Shown here: in pieces, positions 20,563 to 31,266 of the stretch | Numbering within the stretch: the first letter of the stretch is position 1 | How the letters are laid out: each line of letters opens with the position of its first letter | NCBI GenBank assembly: GCA_027022365.1 | Contig: JALVYU010000011.1 | Span: forward strand, 32,001 to 96,000 | Source: Desulfurococcales archaeon | GTDB lineage: Archaea; Thermoproteota; Thermoprotei_A; Sulfolobales; Desulfurococcaceae | DNA: 64,000 nucleotides | Direction of reading: 5' to 3' | Notes under the pieces: generated by a model | What the model was told of the DNA's origin: nothing | The model's database searches: none | What the model saw: the letters and a program-made list of their open reading frames with translations, nothing else | Position numbers and translations under genes: made by a program

Positions 20563-22710
20563 TTGTTAATGGAAGTGGATAAGCTCGTTGATTATGGTCT
20601 TCCAAACACTGTTGTCGAGGTATTGAAGAAACGAGGAATCAAGAGCTTGAATCCCGTGCAGGCAGAGGCTGTTAAGAAAGGATTATTGTCCGGCGAGAAC
20701 TTGGTCGTAGCATCGCCTACCGCCAGCGGTAAAACCCTTATCGGCGAACTAGCTCTTGTCAAGGCCGCTCTCGAGGATGGTATGGGTCTTTATCTTGTCC
20801 CATTAAGGGCTCTTGCATCGGAGAAGTATGATGAGTTCAAGAACTGGCAAGAACTAGGCCTCAAAATAGGGATCTCTACTGGCGACTATGAATCCCCGGG
20901 CGAGTATCTAGCCAGATACAATATCGTTGTAGCTACTTATGAGAGATTCGATAGCTTGCTACGGCTTAGGCCGCGTTGGCTCAACAGGATTAGAACCATT
21001 GTTGTTGACGAGCTACACATGATCGGCGATCCCGAAAGAGGCCCCGTCCTGGAAATGATTATCGCGAGACTAAGGAATACAGGTGTCCAAATAGTCGGGC
21101 TATCCGCAACGATCAGTAATGCGGATGTACTGGCCGAATGGCTGGAAGGAGAATTGGTAAGAAGTGATTGGAGACCGGTAAAGCTGGTTGAGGGAGCCTT
21201 TGACAGAAGGCGTCACACAATAGTATTCGTTGATGGTAGGAAAGAGAAGGTGGTACATCGCCTGGGCTCCTCTGCTCTCTCGATAGCACTACATAGTGTT
21301 GAGCATGGAATACAGGTACTGGTATTTGTAAATAATAGAAGGAAAGCAGAAGAATGGGCTTTCAGGCTTTCCGAGCACATGAAGATATTAGTGCACCTAA
21401 TCGATAAGAACAAGCTCGAAGAACTGCTTTTAAGGCTCAGCGAGTCTCCAAGCAGGAAAGAACGGGAAATGCTCGAGAAACTACTTAGGAAAGGCGTTGC
21501 TTATCACCATGCGGGATTGACGAGTATTGCGAGGAAAGTAGTCGAGGAAGCATTTAGAGAAAAAATAGTCAAGGCGGTCTTCGCCACACCTACGCTCGCA
21601 GCAGGTGTTAACCTGCCTGCACGCAGGGTGCTTGTCTCGATCAAAAGATATGATCCGTATAGGAGGAGAATGGTTGGAATACCTGTTTTCGAGTACAAGC
21701 AAATGGCTGGTAGAGCTGGTAGGCCTATGTATGATGATATAGGTGAGGCGATTATCTATGATGCAACCAGTATCTCAGAAGCAGCCAAATATATCAGGGG
21801 AGAACCCGAGCCCGTAGTTAGTAGGCTAAATAATGAAAGGAGCCTAAGAATACACACGCTCTCACTGATCGCTACAGGCCAAGCACAGAGCATAAAGGAG
21901 CTCATCAAAGTATACAGGGAGACACTATTCTTCAAACAATACGGTAGTACAAGATATCTCGAAAACCTACTGGATAATATAGTCGATGAGCTCATCGACT
22001 GGGACATGGTAAGATATAGGTCGGGAATACTGGAGCCTACGAGGATCGGTACATTAACAGCCATAACATACCTCGACCCATTATCAGTACATAGGTATCT
22101 CTCGCTCGTGAAAGATGGGGCAGGCGCATTCTATCTATTACACCTCATAGCATACACACCGGACTATTTACGGAGCAAACCATATATCAACTATAAGGTG
22201 GTAGATTACCTAGAGCCTGAAGCCTGGGATCTCGCTGAAGAAGGAGTGATACCAGAGCCTCCTCAAGACGAGTTCGACTACCAGCTATGGCTACAAGCCT
22301 TTGTACAGGCAAAGATGCTTCACGACTGGATAAACGAGGTGTCAGAAGACAATATAGTCTCAAAATATGGTGTAGGGCCAGGCGACATATACTCGGCTAG
22401 AGACACGGCTGCATGGATCGCTTCGGGGCTTTCAAGGATTGAGCGCCAAAGAAATCCCGACATCGCGGATAAGCTCGAGAAACTAAGTATGAGGCTAGAA
22501 TACGGAGTTAAAGAGGATGCGCTAGAACTCGTAAAGATAGAAGGTATAGGCAGAGTAAGAGCACGCATACTTCTCAGCCACGGTATAAGGAGTATAAGAG
22601 ATCTAGCGAAGATGACCGTAGAGGAACTATCCAAGCTCCCTACCTTCGGCCCCAAGATCTCTGAAACCGTTATACGAGAGGCTAAAGCCAGAGTAGAGGT
22701 ACATGACTAG
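20563..22710 (+). CDS. hel308: Ski2-like DNA helicase Hel308/Hjm
   Basis: PTASGKT, DELH, SAT, TLAAGVNLPA, QMAGRAGRP, C-terminal HhH with RVRAR. Confidence 0.93.
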   Translation: MLMEVDKLVDYGLPNTVVEVLKKRGIKSLNPVQAEAVKKGLLSGENLVVASPTASGKTLIGELALVKAALEDGMGLYLVPLRALASEKYDEFKNWQELGLKIGISTGDYESPGEYLARYNIVVATYERFDSLLRLRPRWLNRIRTIVVDELHMIGDPERGPVLEMIIARLRNTGVQIVGLSATISNADVLAEWLEGELVRSDWRPVKLVEGAFDRRRHTIVFVDGRKEKVVHRLGSSALSIALHSVEHGIQVLVFVNNRRKAEEWAFRLSEHMKILVHLIDKNKLEELLLRLSESPSRKEREMLEKLLRKGVAYHHAGLTSIARKVVEEAFREKIVKAVFATPTLAAGVNLPARRVLVSIKRYDPYRRRMVGIPVFEYKQMAGRAGRPMYDDIGEAIIYDATSISEAAKYIRGEPEPVVSRLNNERSLRIHTLSLIATGQAQSIKELIKVYRETLFFKQYGSTRYLENLLDNIVDELIDWDMVRYRSGILEPTRIGTLTAITYLDPLSVHRYLSLVKDGAGAFYLLHLIAYTPDYLRSKPYINYKVVDYLEPEAWDLAEEGVIPEPPQDEFDYQLWLQAFVQAKMLHDWINEVSEDNIVSKYGVGPGDIYSARDTAAWIASGLSRIERQRNPDIADKLEKLSMRLEYGVKEDALELVKIEGIGRVRARILLSHGIRSIRDLAKMTVEELSKLPTFGPKISETVIREAKARVEVHD

Positions 22711-22770
22711 TATGATTAGTTTTTATATACTCATCACGATGAATAAGATGTTAATGCAAGGTGAACATTT

Positions 22771-24156
22771 ATGTCATCTACATGGAATATGCTGGTGAAT
22801 GCCTTCACTAACATGGTCATAGAAATAATCAACTATTTGCCGAAGATAATAGCTGCCATAATAATCATACTCATAGGATACATGATCGGCTACCTCGTCA
22901 AAAAAGGAACTAAGGCCCTCATAGATAAACTGCTATCTGGCGTCATCAAGAAGACAAGGATTGGGCAGAGCATGATCGAGTCAGGCGTAGATCTAGGCAG
23001 TCTTGTAGGCAATGTCCTCCTTGCACTGATCATTGCGTTGTCAGTTCTCGTATCCGTGACAATACTGGGTTTCACGGGCTATGTTGGATCAATAATTGTG
23101 TTGGCTGCCCAGATAATATTCAAAATAGTTGCCGGTCTATCGATAATTGTGATCGGTATACCTGTTATCCTAGTTCTTTCAGAATATATTGCAATGTTCT
23201 TCAGTAAAATGTTCCGCGAAAAACATGATCTAATGACTGAGCTTATATACGATGTATCAGTTCTTGTTCTATCGATATTCATATTATCGGTAGCTATTGA
23301 CGTTATGTTCAACTACTCACTACTTCTCAACTATTTGATCACCTCTGCACCCGCCTTCATAGGGGCCGCCATAATCCTCATCATAGGCTATGTTATTGGA
23401 GATACTATTGGTAAGATAGTAAACCGTATAGTGAGCCAGATCCTAGATAGGCCTCTCGAAGCAACCGATATAGGACGTACGATCAAGAATATGAACATTA
23501 ATATATCTGATCTAATAGGGGGCCTTACAAAGGCATTCATAATAGTGGTAGCGATCGTTGCAGCAGTCGAGATAATGAATATAGGCGGCCTAACAGGACA
23601 GCTGGTATACCAGGTGGCCGTCTACCTGCCCAAGCTAATCGGAGGCATAACCGTTCTAACGCTAGGACTAATACTCAGTATTGGGTTAGCAAGGTACATT
23701 GGTAAATTCCTCCAAAAAGCCTTCAGTAACGGGTTCGAGGATGTAGCGAAACTCGTGGAGAACCTGATCCTGCTAGGTCTAACAGCAGTAGTTATAACTA
23801 TCGCTCTAAACATACTCATGCTTCAAGGATCACTCATATACCCGCTAATACTAGGCATACTAGTCATAGCCTCCGGCATCTATATTGCTGGGGTCGCCGG
23901 CAAGATACTGGCAAAGATCCATCCCACCTATAAGTACACGGTGCCACTTATCGAAACCATGATAATACTTTCGTTTTCAATAATCGGTATCGCCGGGATA
24001 TTTGCAGAATACACTGGAGCCGTTGATGTTATAAAGAACATATCGTGGGGAATAGCCATAGCATTTGCCGCATTACTAGTACCAATAATATTCCACTACA
24101 CGAGGCTGGCTTGGAGAACAGTACCCGAAGAGGAAGAAAAGCGAAATAATCAATGA
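22771..24156 (+). CDS. TM-helix repeat membrane protein (CmpX/mechanosensitive-channel-associated type)
   Basis: Repeated YLPKIIAAIIIILIGY / YLPKLIGG units and an internal duplication. Confidence 0.75.
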   Translation: MSSTWNMLVNAFTNMVIEIINYLPKIIAAIIIILIGYMIGYLVKKGTKALIDKLLSGVIKKTRIGQSMIESGVDLGSLVGNVLLALIIALSVLVSVTILGFTGYVGSIIVLAAQIIFKIVAGLSIIVIGIPVILVLSEYIAMFFSKMFREKHDLMTELIYDVSVLVLSIFILSVAIDVMFNYSLLLNYLITSAPAFIGAAIILIIGYVIGDTIGKIVNRIVSQILDRPLEATDIGRTIKNMNINISDLIGGLTKAFIIVVAIVAAVEIMNIGGLTGQLVYQVAVYLPKLIGGITVLTLGLILSIGLARYIGKFLQKAFSNGFEDVAKLVENLILLGLTAVVITIALNILMLQGSLIYPLILGILVIASGIYIAGVAGKILAKIHPTYKYTVPLIETMIILSFSIIGIAGIFAEYTGAVDVIKNISWGIAIAFAALLVPIIFHYTRLAWRTVPEEEEKRNNQ

Positions 24157-24171
24157 GGATGCACGTGTATC

Positions 24172-25740
24172 ATGATAAGAAAAACGGTCATCCTCGACCT
24201 CTATACGGATGAGCCGGCTGGCCTGGGTGTTCCCCCATATATTAATACATGGCCCAGGCTAGTTGCTGGAGCTATATGGTTGGAGAACAAAGACGTAGAC
24301 ATAAGATATTACACTATTGACGAAGTTCGGCATAACATGGATTCATTCATTAGGCAGGCCGACGCATCTGATATGCTAGTAGTTATAGGAGGCGTAGAGG
24401 TTCCCGGTAAATATATTGGGGGGAGGCCAGGCACCATCGATGAAGTTGAAAGAATACTAACATTAATAACCAAACCCTTGAAGATACTGGTAGGCCCGGC
24501 GGCACGTCATGGCTTCGGCTCTGGCGGAGGCACAATAGCCTCCTCAAGAAATACACTTACGAAAATATTCGATGAAATAATTGCCGGAGACCCGGAAATA
24601 TTCTTCAGCGAGCTCATAAGATACGGTTTTGAAAAAGCGGACTCGAGAAAAACACGGACAAACTACGAATTAGCGGATAAGGCGTTCATTAAGGGTGCGA
24701 AGATAATAGTGATGCATCCAAACCATGGTAGGAACCTTGTTGTCGAGATAGAGACCTACAGAGGATGCCCAAGATATATTTCTGGGGGATGTAGTTTCTG
24801 CATAGAGCCTCGATGGGGTAAACCGATTCAGCGAAGCCCTAGATCAATTATTGAGGAAGTAGAAGCACTATACAGACATGGTGCAAGACATATCAGGCTC
24901 GGAAGACAACCAGACATACTCGTATATGGGAGCAAAGAGATGGGAGAGAGGGAGTTCCCCAAGCCCAACCCAGAAATACTTAGGAAACTCTTCTATGGGA
25001 TAAGAAACACTGCACCGGGCATAAGGATATTACACATAGACAACGTCAACCCCGGAACAATAGTGCATCACCCAAGGGAAAGTATTGAAGCACTAAAAAC
25101 AATAATAAACTACCACAGCCCGGGCGACGTTGCCGCCCTAGGAATAGAGTCATTTGACGAGAAAGTCGTTAAGGCAAACAATCTCAAGGTTTACCCCGAC
25201 GAAGCAGTAAAGGCTGTCAAGATAATAAATAGAGTTGGAAAGATAAGAGGCTGGAATGGTCTCCCCCATCTTCTTCCAGGAATAAATCTTCTCTATGGAT
25301 TGCCGGGTGAGACCAGGGAGACGTACAGGATAAATTATGAGTACTTAAAGAGAATATATGACAAAAATCTTCTTGTGAGAAGAATAAATATCAGACAAGT
25401 AACTGTCTTGGAGAACACGCCTCTATGGCTAAAGAGGGATACGGTTAGGAGTATACTTAGACGACACAAGGGCTTATTCAAAACTTATAGGCTCCGGATA
25501 ATGAGTGAGCTTGATAAGAAGTTCCTCGAGAAAATAGTCCCATCTGGAACCATTCTTGACTATCTGTACGTTGAAAAACACGTGGGGAACCTAAGTATTG
25601 CGAGGATGCCGGGAAGCTACCCGATAACAGTTAAGATCCCGTACAGAATAGGCTTGTGGAAAATAATTTCTGCAAGAATAAGTAGTGTAGCGGCAAAAAG
25701 CGTTACAGGTAGACCCATAGGACTTAGTTACCGTGGATAA
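24172..25740 (+). CDS. Radical SAM protein with extended Cys motif (COG1031-like)
   Basis: ETYRGCPRYISGGCSFC (Cx7Cx2C); DEPAGLGVPPY N-terminus. Confidence 0.85.
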   Translation: MIRKTVILDLYTDEPAGLGVPPYINTWPRLVAGAIWLENKDVDIRYYTIDEVRHNMDSFIRQADASDMLVVIGGVEVPGKYIGGRPGTIDEVERILTLITKPLKILVGPAARHGFGSGGGTIASSRNTLTKIFDEIIAGDPEIFFSELIRYGFEKADSRKTRTNYELADKAFIKGAKIIVMHPNHGRNLVVEIETYRGCPRYISGGCSFCIEPRWGKPIQRSPRSIIEEVEALYRHGARHIRLGRQPDILVYGSKEMGEREFPKPNPEILRKLFYGIRNTAPGIRILHIDNVNPGTIVHHPRESIEALKTIINYHSPGDVAALGIESFDEKVVKANNLKVYPDEAVKAVKIINRVGKIRGWNGLPHLLPGINLLYGLPGETRETYRINYEYLKRIYDKNLLVRRINIRQVTVLENTPLWLKRDTVRSILRRHKGLFKTYRLRIMSELDKKFLEKIVPSGTILDYLYVEKHVGNLSIARMPGSYPITVKIPYRIGLWKIISARISSVAAKSVTGRPIGLSYRG

Positions 25741-27518
25741 TAATCTTTAACATTGTCCTCATACCTTATGATCAGTTCACCATCATTGTTTTCATCAATT
25801 ATGATCTCCGGGTATTCTTCGAGCATGTTATGACCCATTGCAAGAGGATCCTGATACGCGCCTGTGTGGAGGAAGGCTACGTAGTAATCCTCGTTTTTTC
25901 CGGGAAGATGAAGAGGTATACCACGTAGAATTATCCTTTTTCCAGGGATCCCGAGTAATCTATTGTCTTCTTCGGTGAATATGTCGTCAAACCCCTCTGG
26001 AAGCTTGCTGATAAACTCGGATATCTCTCCCATCGAGTCACATGTTATATCGCTTATCGTGGCGAGTACATCTGGTCTTTTATCGAGCATGCTGCAAGGA
26101 ACGATCTGGAAATATTGGTTCAGAATAACATAGTCGGGAAGTACATTGAACAACGAGAATGATAGGACATACCTTTTACTAGGGGAGGTAAGGAATCTAT
26201 ACAGTGGTCTACCCGTTCTAGCATTTTCTGCCAGGTCTTTTAGCGCATTGTCTTTGTCCATCAGGTAGATTTCTTTGGCCTTCCCGGCTATTTCCTCGTA
26301 TATGGTTTTGATCATTCCTTCTAGGAGCTCCCTACGCTTCAGGTCTATGTTCTCCGTGAACGATAAGAGCCTATTGATGATGTTCTCGGATTCACGGGCT
26401 ATTTCTGATAATTCTTTAATTGTTTTTGAAGATTGTATCTTCTCAATCAACTCTATTTCTGTTCCCAATTCTGAGATATACGGTCGTATGTCTATGACCT
26501 TGGCCACGCTGATCCTGTGGGGTGCAACTATTGCCCTGCCAGACTCAAACACTATATCGGGTGGCAGGATGCCTTGTTCCTCCGCGTGTTCCTTGAAGGT
26601 TTTAACCATTATCTCCACGTATTCGCGGAAAGTATAGTCAGGACTGTATGATGAGCCGGACAATGTAGATTCATAGTCGAAAGCAAGTCCTCCACCTGTA
26701 TCGATATATCTAAGATTGGGGAGATACTTCTCCTTGAGAACAGTGTAAGTGTTTATCATTTCTGTAAACATTTTCTTCAAGGCGTCCTTGGTAACGATCT
26801 GCGAACCATAGTGGAAGTGGAGCATTATAATCTTGTCTTTGATCCATGGCTGTTTCTCTATTATCTTATAAATACTTGATAATGGTAGGCCGAACTTCGA
26901 TGACAAGCCTGAACTGGACGACCATATGCTTTCTCCTCTGAACATAGGCCTAATCCTAAATCCGACCCAGATCTTGTCCCCGAGTTGTTCACGTATTTCC
27001 TCAAGTAGCTCTGCCTCTCTTATACTCTCAATATCTATGATCGCTTCACCATATGCTTCTTTGTTTTCAATAACACGTTTTAGACCCCTGAAGTCTTTCA
27101 CTCCGTCAATAACTAGTAGGCCTTTAGTCTTAATGGATAATGCCTCATAGAGTTCGGGAAGCGTGCCTGCCTCCCAGCCCCACGAGTATTTCCCGCCGTA
27201 TCTCTTTATACTCCTAAGGACTAGTTCGTGGTGGTTGACTTTTAATGGGTATACTGGCCTGAATTCGCCGCGGTAATTATTCTCTCTAATGTTTTTGAGG
27301 AATAAGCCTGCGATATAGTCTATCATCTCTCCTATCCATGGCAGTATCCTGATATTAGCACCCGGTAGCCCACGTTTTTTCAATAGTTCGGCTATGGACA
27401 GGGTTTTCCCCTTGATCTTAACTACTAGCTCGCCTTTTTCATTGATATCGAATAGCTGGTTGTTCAGTACCCCTTTAAGTCCGTAGAGCTCTCTGGAATT
27501 CTCTATACCCCAAACCAT
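25728..27518 (-). CDS. speA: PLP-dependent biosynthetic arginine decarboxylase (fold type III)
   Basis: VYPLKVN PLP lysine, SKFGL, HFHYGSQ, GGGL, ESGRA, DITCDSMG, GAYQ...HN. Confidence 0.88.
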   Translation of the reverse strand: MVWGIENSRELYGLKGVLNNQLFDINEKGELVVKIKGKTLSIAELLKKRGLPGANIRILPWIGEMIDYIAGLFLKNIRENNYRGEFRPVYPLKVNHHELVLRSIKRYGGKYSWGWEAGTLPELYEALSIKTKGLLVIDGVKDFRGLKRVIENKEAYGEAIIDIESIREAELLEEIREQLGDKIWVGFRIRPMFRGESIWSSSSGLSSKFGLPLSSIYKIIEKQPWIKDKIIMLHFHYGSQIVTKDALKKMFTEMINTYTVLKEKYLPNLRYIDTGGGLAFDYESTLSGSSYSPDYTFREYVEIMVKTFKEHAEEQGILPPDIVFESGRAIVAPHRISVAKVIDIRPYISELGTEIELIEKIQSSKTIKELSEIARESENIINRLLSFTENIDLKRRELLEGMIKTIYEEIAGKAKEIYLMDKDNALKDLAENARTGRPLYRFLTSPSKRYVLSFSLFNVLPDYVILNQYFQIVPCSMLDKRPDVLATISDITCDSMGEISEFISKLPEGFDDIFTEEDNRLLGIPGKRIILRGIPLHLPGKNEDYYVAFLHTGAYQDPLAMGHNMLEEYPEIIIDENNDGELIIRYEDNVKDYYPR

Positions 27519-27646
27519 ACCCCTTTTCCCCTGGACATCCCCTACCCTAGACTTGAAGGGTCTTGGGGGATATAGAGGTTTCCCAGAATTTTAAAGAACT
27601 GACCCATATCCAATAAATAGATGCTCGCCCGGTATTCAAAAATGGA

Positions 27647-28357
27647 GTGATCTCCATGGAGGACCGTGAGAGGATCGAGGCATACATAGTGAATCTGGAG
27701 AGGGCAATAAAGATACTGAAACACAAAGAGATACCAGCCAAATATAAGCCTTTACTCGAGAACGCTAAGGCCTATCTAAGTGACGCAAAATACTATCTTT
27801 CAAAAAATGATTACTTTACAGCCTTAGCATGCGTAGCTTATGGTGAAGGCCTGATCGATTCCCTCAGACACATCGGCGAAATAGATATGGATTGGAAACC
27901 ATTATCCAGCCTCCTATCTAGGCCAAAAGTACTAGTTGCGGGTAGTTTCGAGATACTCCATCCAGGCCATATATACTTGTTCGAGAAGGCATGGGAATTG
28001 GGAAGAGTCTATGTGATAGTCTCTAGGGACTCTAATTTCGAGAAGTTCAAGGGGAGAAAACCAGCTATACCGGATAAATACAGGGCTGAAGTTGTTCGTT
28101 CGGTACGCTATGTCCATGAAGCTGTCTTGGGTGATGAAAAAGATTATCTGAAGCCGGTTCTCGATATATCTCCTGATATAGTATTATTAGGCCCTGATCA
28201 GTGGCCTGATAAGGCGAAGCTCGAGGACGAATTGAGGAAACGAGGCCTCGAAAAGACTAGGGTATTAAGGCTTAAGGAGCCATTCAAGGACGATGTGTGT
28301 AGGTCTTCAAAAATAATCAGACGTATCCTGGAGATACACGGGTGTGTTGATGAATAG
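27647..28357 (+). CDS. ribL: DUF357 domain fused to FAD synthetase-like cytidylyltransferase
   Basis: AYLSDAKYY...ACVAYGEGLID (DUF357) followed by GSFEILHPGH and LGPDQ. Confidence 0.8.
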   Translation: MISMEDRERIEAYIVNLERAIKILKHKEIPAKYKPLLENAKAYLSDAKYYLSKNDYFTALACVAYGEGLIDSLRHIGEIDMDWKPLSSLLSRPKVLVAGSFEILHPGHIYLFEKAWELGRVYVIVSRDSNFEKFKGRKPAIPDKYRAEVVRSVRYVHEAVLGDEKDYLKPVLDISPDIVLLGPDQWPDKAKLEDELRKRGLEKTRVLRLKEPFKDDVCRSSKIIRRILEIHGCVDE

Positions 28358-28362
28358 AACTC

Positions 28363-29082
28363 TTAGTTCTTCTCTGCACCAAGCAGTTTCTCGAAGAGCT
28401 TCCTTCTTTCTTCCAGCTGTGCTTTATTTTTCTCAGCCTCATTGTTGGCTAGACTCGCCAGGCTCTTAAGGTCGACGTCCGGCTTATACCATGTACCAGA
28501 ATTCTTTACTATGTCTGCAAGCCTCGCAACATTGTAGCCGACATTATATGAGTCGAGAACTGCTTGGTCATCCTCTGTGACATCGTCCATTGAGTGATGA
28601 TATGCAATAGCCCATCCGGGGATATGTACGCCCATACTGTTTAGAACGATCATCATGTGGGCGAGCGCCAGTATTGTCCCGCTATCATTTCCCGTAGCGA
28701 TTAGTCCCGCCACTTTCCCTTCGAGGAGGCTCCTGCCAGTTATGAATATCATGTTCTCCATGCTTGTGAGCCTGTCAATAAAGTTCTTCATGATACCGCT
28801 CATGCTGTACCAGTAGACAGGGGTGACCATTATGAATCCGTCGCTCTCAAGGATCTTTTTCCCTATCGTGTTGAAGTCGTCATCATTGATGATGCACGGG
28901 AATCGACAGTATTTTGTATCGTCACTAACGCATCCTAGGCACCCTTTTATCTTGTAGTCATAGAGATATATGATCTCAGGGGTTCCGCCTGCGTCCTCAA
29001 CGCCCTTAGCAGCTATAGATGTGAGCTTGGTTACAGCTCCGTATTTTCGGGGAGAGCCGTGAAGTATTGTTATTCTGGCCAT
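28363..29082 (-). CDS. Flavodoxin-like iron-sulfur flavoprotein
   Basis: GSPRKYG, CLGC...C..PC, TPVYW, KNFIDR. Confidence 0.9.
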   Translation of the reverse strand: MARITILHGSPRKYGAVTKLTSIAAKGVEDAGGTPEIIYLYDYKIKGCLGCVSDDTKYCRFPCIINDDDFNTIGKKILESDGFIMVTPVYWYSMSGIMKNFIDRLTSMENMIFITGRSLLEGKVAGLIATGNDSGTILALAHMMIVLNSMGVHIPGWAIAYHHSMDDVTEDDQAVLDSYNVGYNVARLADIVKNSGTWYKPDVDLKSLASLANNEAEKNKAQLEERRKLFEKLLGAEKN

Positions 29083-29153
29083 TTCTATCTCCCTCTTGCT
29101 TCCTTCTCAGTCCTATGGTTGATTGCGGAAATATTATTTAAATGAATTGAAAA

Positions 29154-29237
29154 GCCTCAGTAACGCCGACCCACTTCATAACCTATACATTTGAGGAATA
29201 ATGTATAGGCTCCGACACGGGTTCGCTCATCATCGGC
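29154..29237 (-). ncRNA. Box C/D sRNA with an inserted hairpin between D' and C'
   Basis: Minus strand reads gcc-g-ATGATGA, 12 nt, CGGA, 10-bp hairpin, TTATGA, guide, CTGA-ggc. Confidence 0.8.
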
Positions 29238-29265
29238 CACAAACTAACACTAAGATAAGTCGTGT

Positions 29266-29988
29266 TTAAAGTATTTTAAGGAGTTCAGTGAGCGATGTTA
29301 TGCATGGCTGGGGATCCGCTGGACGGCACAAGGTTTTCCATCCATAATATATTGTTTTTAGCCCCGCTTTTCTCGCGGGCAATACATCGTTCTCGATTGA
29401 GTCGCCGATATGGACTATTCTGGCTGGATCCGCCCCGAGGAGATCGGCTAGTTCCGCGTAGAATAATGGGTTACGTTTAGGGATGCCTACGAGCTGCGTA
29501 CTATAAATGATCTTAAAGTATTTCATTAACTCATTGTCTTGGAGAACCTGATATGGTAGATCATGGGCGCCAGTAGCTGTTGTGAGGATGAGTCTATAGC
29601 CCTTACCAACTAGTCTCTCGATAACTATTCTTGTATGATCCACGGGGACGAACCATTTCGCTCTCTCGGCTATGAAGTAATGATAGATCTCCTCTAGTTC
29701 GCTCTCGGAAATATCAACTCCTGATTTCTTGAGGAACTTCAATAATACATATCTGTGCCAGTGCTGGTAGCCGGGGTGCTTAGCCTCTATTTCACGCCAT
29801 ATATCATCGTAGAGCCTAAGAGGATCAACAATATGTTTTGGAGCATACCCTTTCTTTTTTAGATAGCATAGTATGTCTTTGAGAACATCGCGTGCTGGTC
29901 GCACAGGGTTTCTAGGCTCGCACCCGATATCCCAGAATAGGGTGCAGGCGGAATCTAGGCTAACATACTCGATCTCTCCCTTCAGCAT
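29266..29988 (-). CDS. HAD-superfamily hydrolase
   Basis: Variant motif I (LDSACTL) and HIGDSIENDV motif IV. Confidence 0.85.
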   Translation of the reverse strand: MLKGEIEYVSLDSACTLFWDIGCEPRNPVRPARDVLKDILCYLKKKGYAPKHIVDPLRLYDDIWREIEAKHPGYQHWHRYVLLKFLKKSGVDISESELEEIYHYFIAERAKWFVPVDHTRIVIERLVGKGYRLILTTATGAHDLPYQVLQDNELMKYFKIIYSTQLVGIPKRNPLFYAELADLLGADPARIVHIGDSIENDVLPARKAGLKTIYYGWKTLCRPADPQPCITSLTELLKIL

Positions 29989-30069
29989 ATTGCAACACCA
30001 ATCACAATATTTTGGTGGGAAAGCAAGGTTATATTACTGGTTCACTAATTCCGTGGCTGGTGCTAGGTC

Positions 30070-31164
30070 TTGCCTAGTATAGATTGGGATGAAGTAAGAA
30101 GGCGTAGGGAGGAATTCTGGAGCTCCAGCCCTGTCTATAGGGCAATATACGAGAAGATGAAGAAGCAGGGATATCATTTTATCGCCACACTTGGTGTTGT
30201 TAAGAGGTGCCACTGGACACGTGAAGCCCTCGTGAACAAGAGGTTCTGCTACAAATGCCTCTGGTACGGGATCGAGAGCCATAGATGCATACAGATGAGT
30301 CCACTAGCTGCTTGGTGCTGGCTTAGATGTATGCATTGCTGGAGGCTACAGCCTGAAGATATTGGAATGCACTGGGATGAAACAAGGCCCCCGGTTGTTG
30401 ATGAGCCAGAAGTTATCGCTGAAGAAAGTATTAGGGTACAGAAACAGATCGTGTCGGGCTATAAAGGTAATCCACGAGTCGATCCAAAGATGTATGAGGA
30501 GGCAATGAACCCGAAGCACGTAGCGATAAGTTTGACAGGTGAGCCAACGCTATATCCGCGCCTAGGAGAGCTGATCAAAGAATACCATAGAAGAGGCATG
30601 ACGACGTTCCTCGTAACGCATGGTGTACGGCCAGATATTTTAGCTAGCCTCGAAGAGGAGCCCTCCCAGCTCTATATAAGCCTAGAAGCATGGAATAAAG
30701 AGAAATTCATGGAGTTTAACAGACCCATAGTCCCGAGAGCATGGGAACTAGTAATGGAGACTCTAAAGCTTCTCCCAAGCTTTTCCTGCCCGACAGTTTA
30801 CAGGTTAACAATTATAAAGGGATTCAATGACTCCGAAGAGGCTTTAAAGGGCTTCGCAAAACTGATCGAGATCGGTAATCCGACATATGTAGAGGTAAAA
30901 GCATACATGTATGTCGGCTCAAGCAGGACGAGACTACAGCCGACCAATATGCCGAAGCACGAAGAAATAAGAATGATAGGCAAGAGACTCGCCGAGCTAA
31001 CAGGATACATGTTGCTCAGCGAAAGCGTGCCGAGCAGAATAGTATTGCTAAGCAGGATCAAACATCCGAAGAGGCACGGCAAAGGCTGTCCAGATGGTGT
31101 TGAGTACCCGGAGAAGTATGCCCCTGTAATAACGCATGATTATGAGGAGATGGCTGGTCAATAA
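30070..31164 (+). CDS. taw1: 4-demethylwyosine synthase (radical SAM)
   Basis: [38 protein letters not shown]. Confidence 0.93.
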   Translation: MPSIDWDEVRRRREEFWSSSPVYRAIYEKMKKQGYHFIATLGVVKRCHWTREALVNKRFCYKCLWYGIESHRCIQMSPLAAWCWLRCMHCWRLQPEDIGMHWDETRPPVVDEPEVIAEESIRVQKQIVSGYKGNPRVDPKMYEEAMNPKHVAISLTGEPTLYPRLGELIKEYHRRGMTTFLVTHGVRPDILASLEEEPSQLYISLEAWNKEKFMEFNRPIVPRAWELVMETLKLLPSFSCPTVYRLTIIKGFNDSEEALKGFAKLIEIGNPTYVEVKAYMYVGSSRTRLQPTNMPKHEEIRMIGKRLAELTGYMLLSESVPSRIVLLSRIKHPKRHGKGCPDGVEYPEKYAPVITHDYEEMAGQ

Positions 31165-31266
31165 GGTTGAAGTCGGGTATTAGTTGATAAGTTCAAATCT
31201 CTAGATTTTTATATATAATCATTGATCATTTTTCATAGCAGGTATAGGATATTTTGGTGACAAAAT

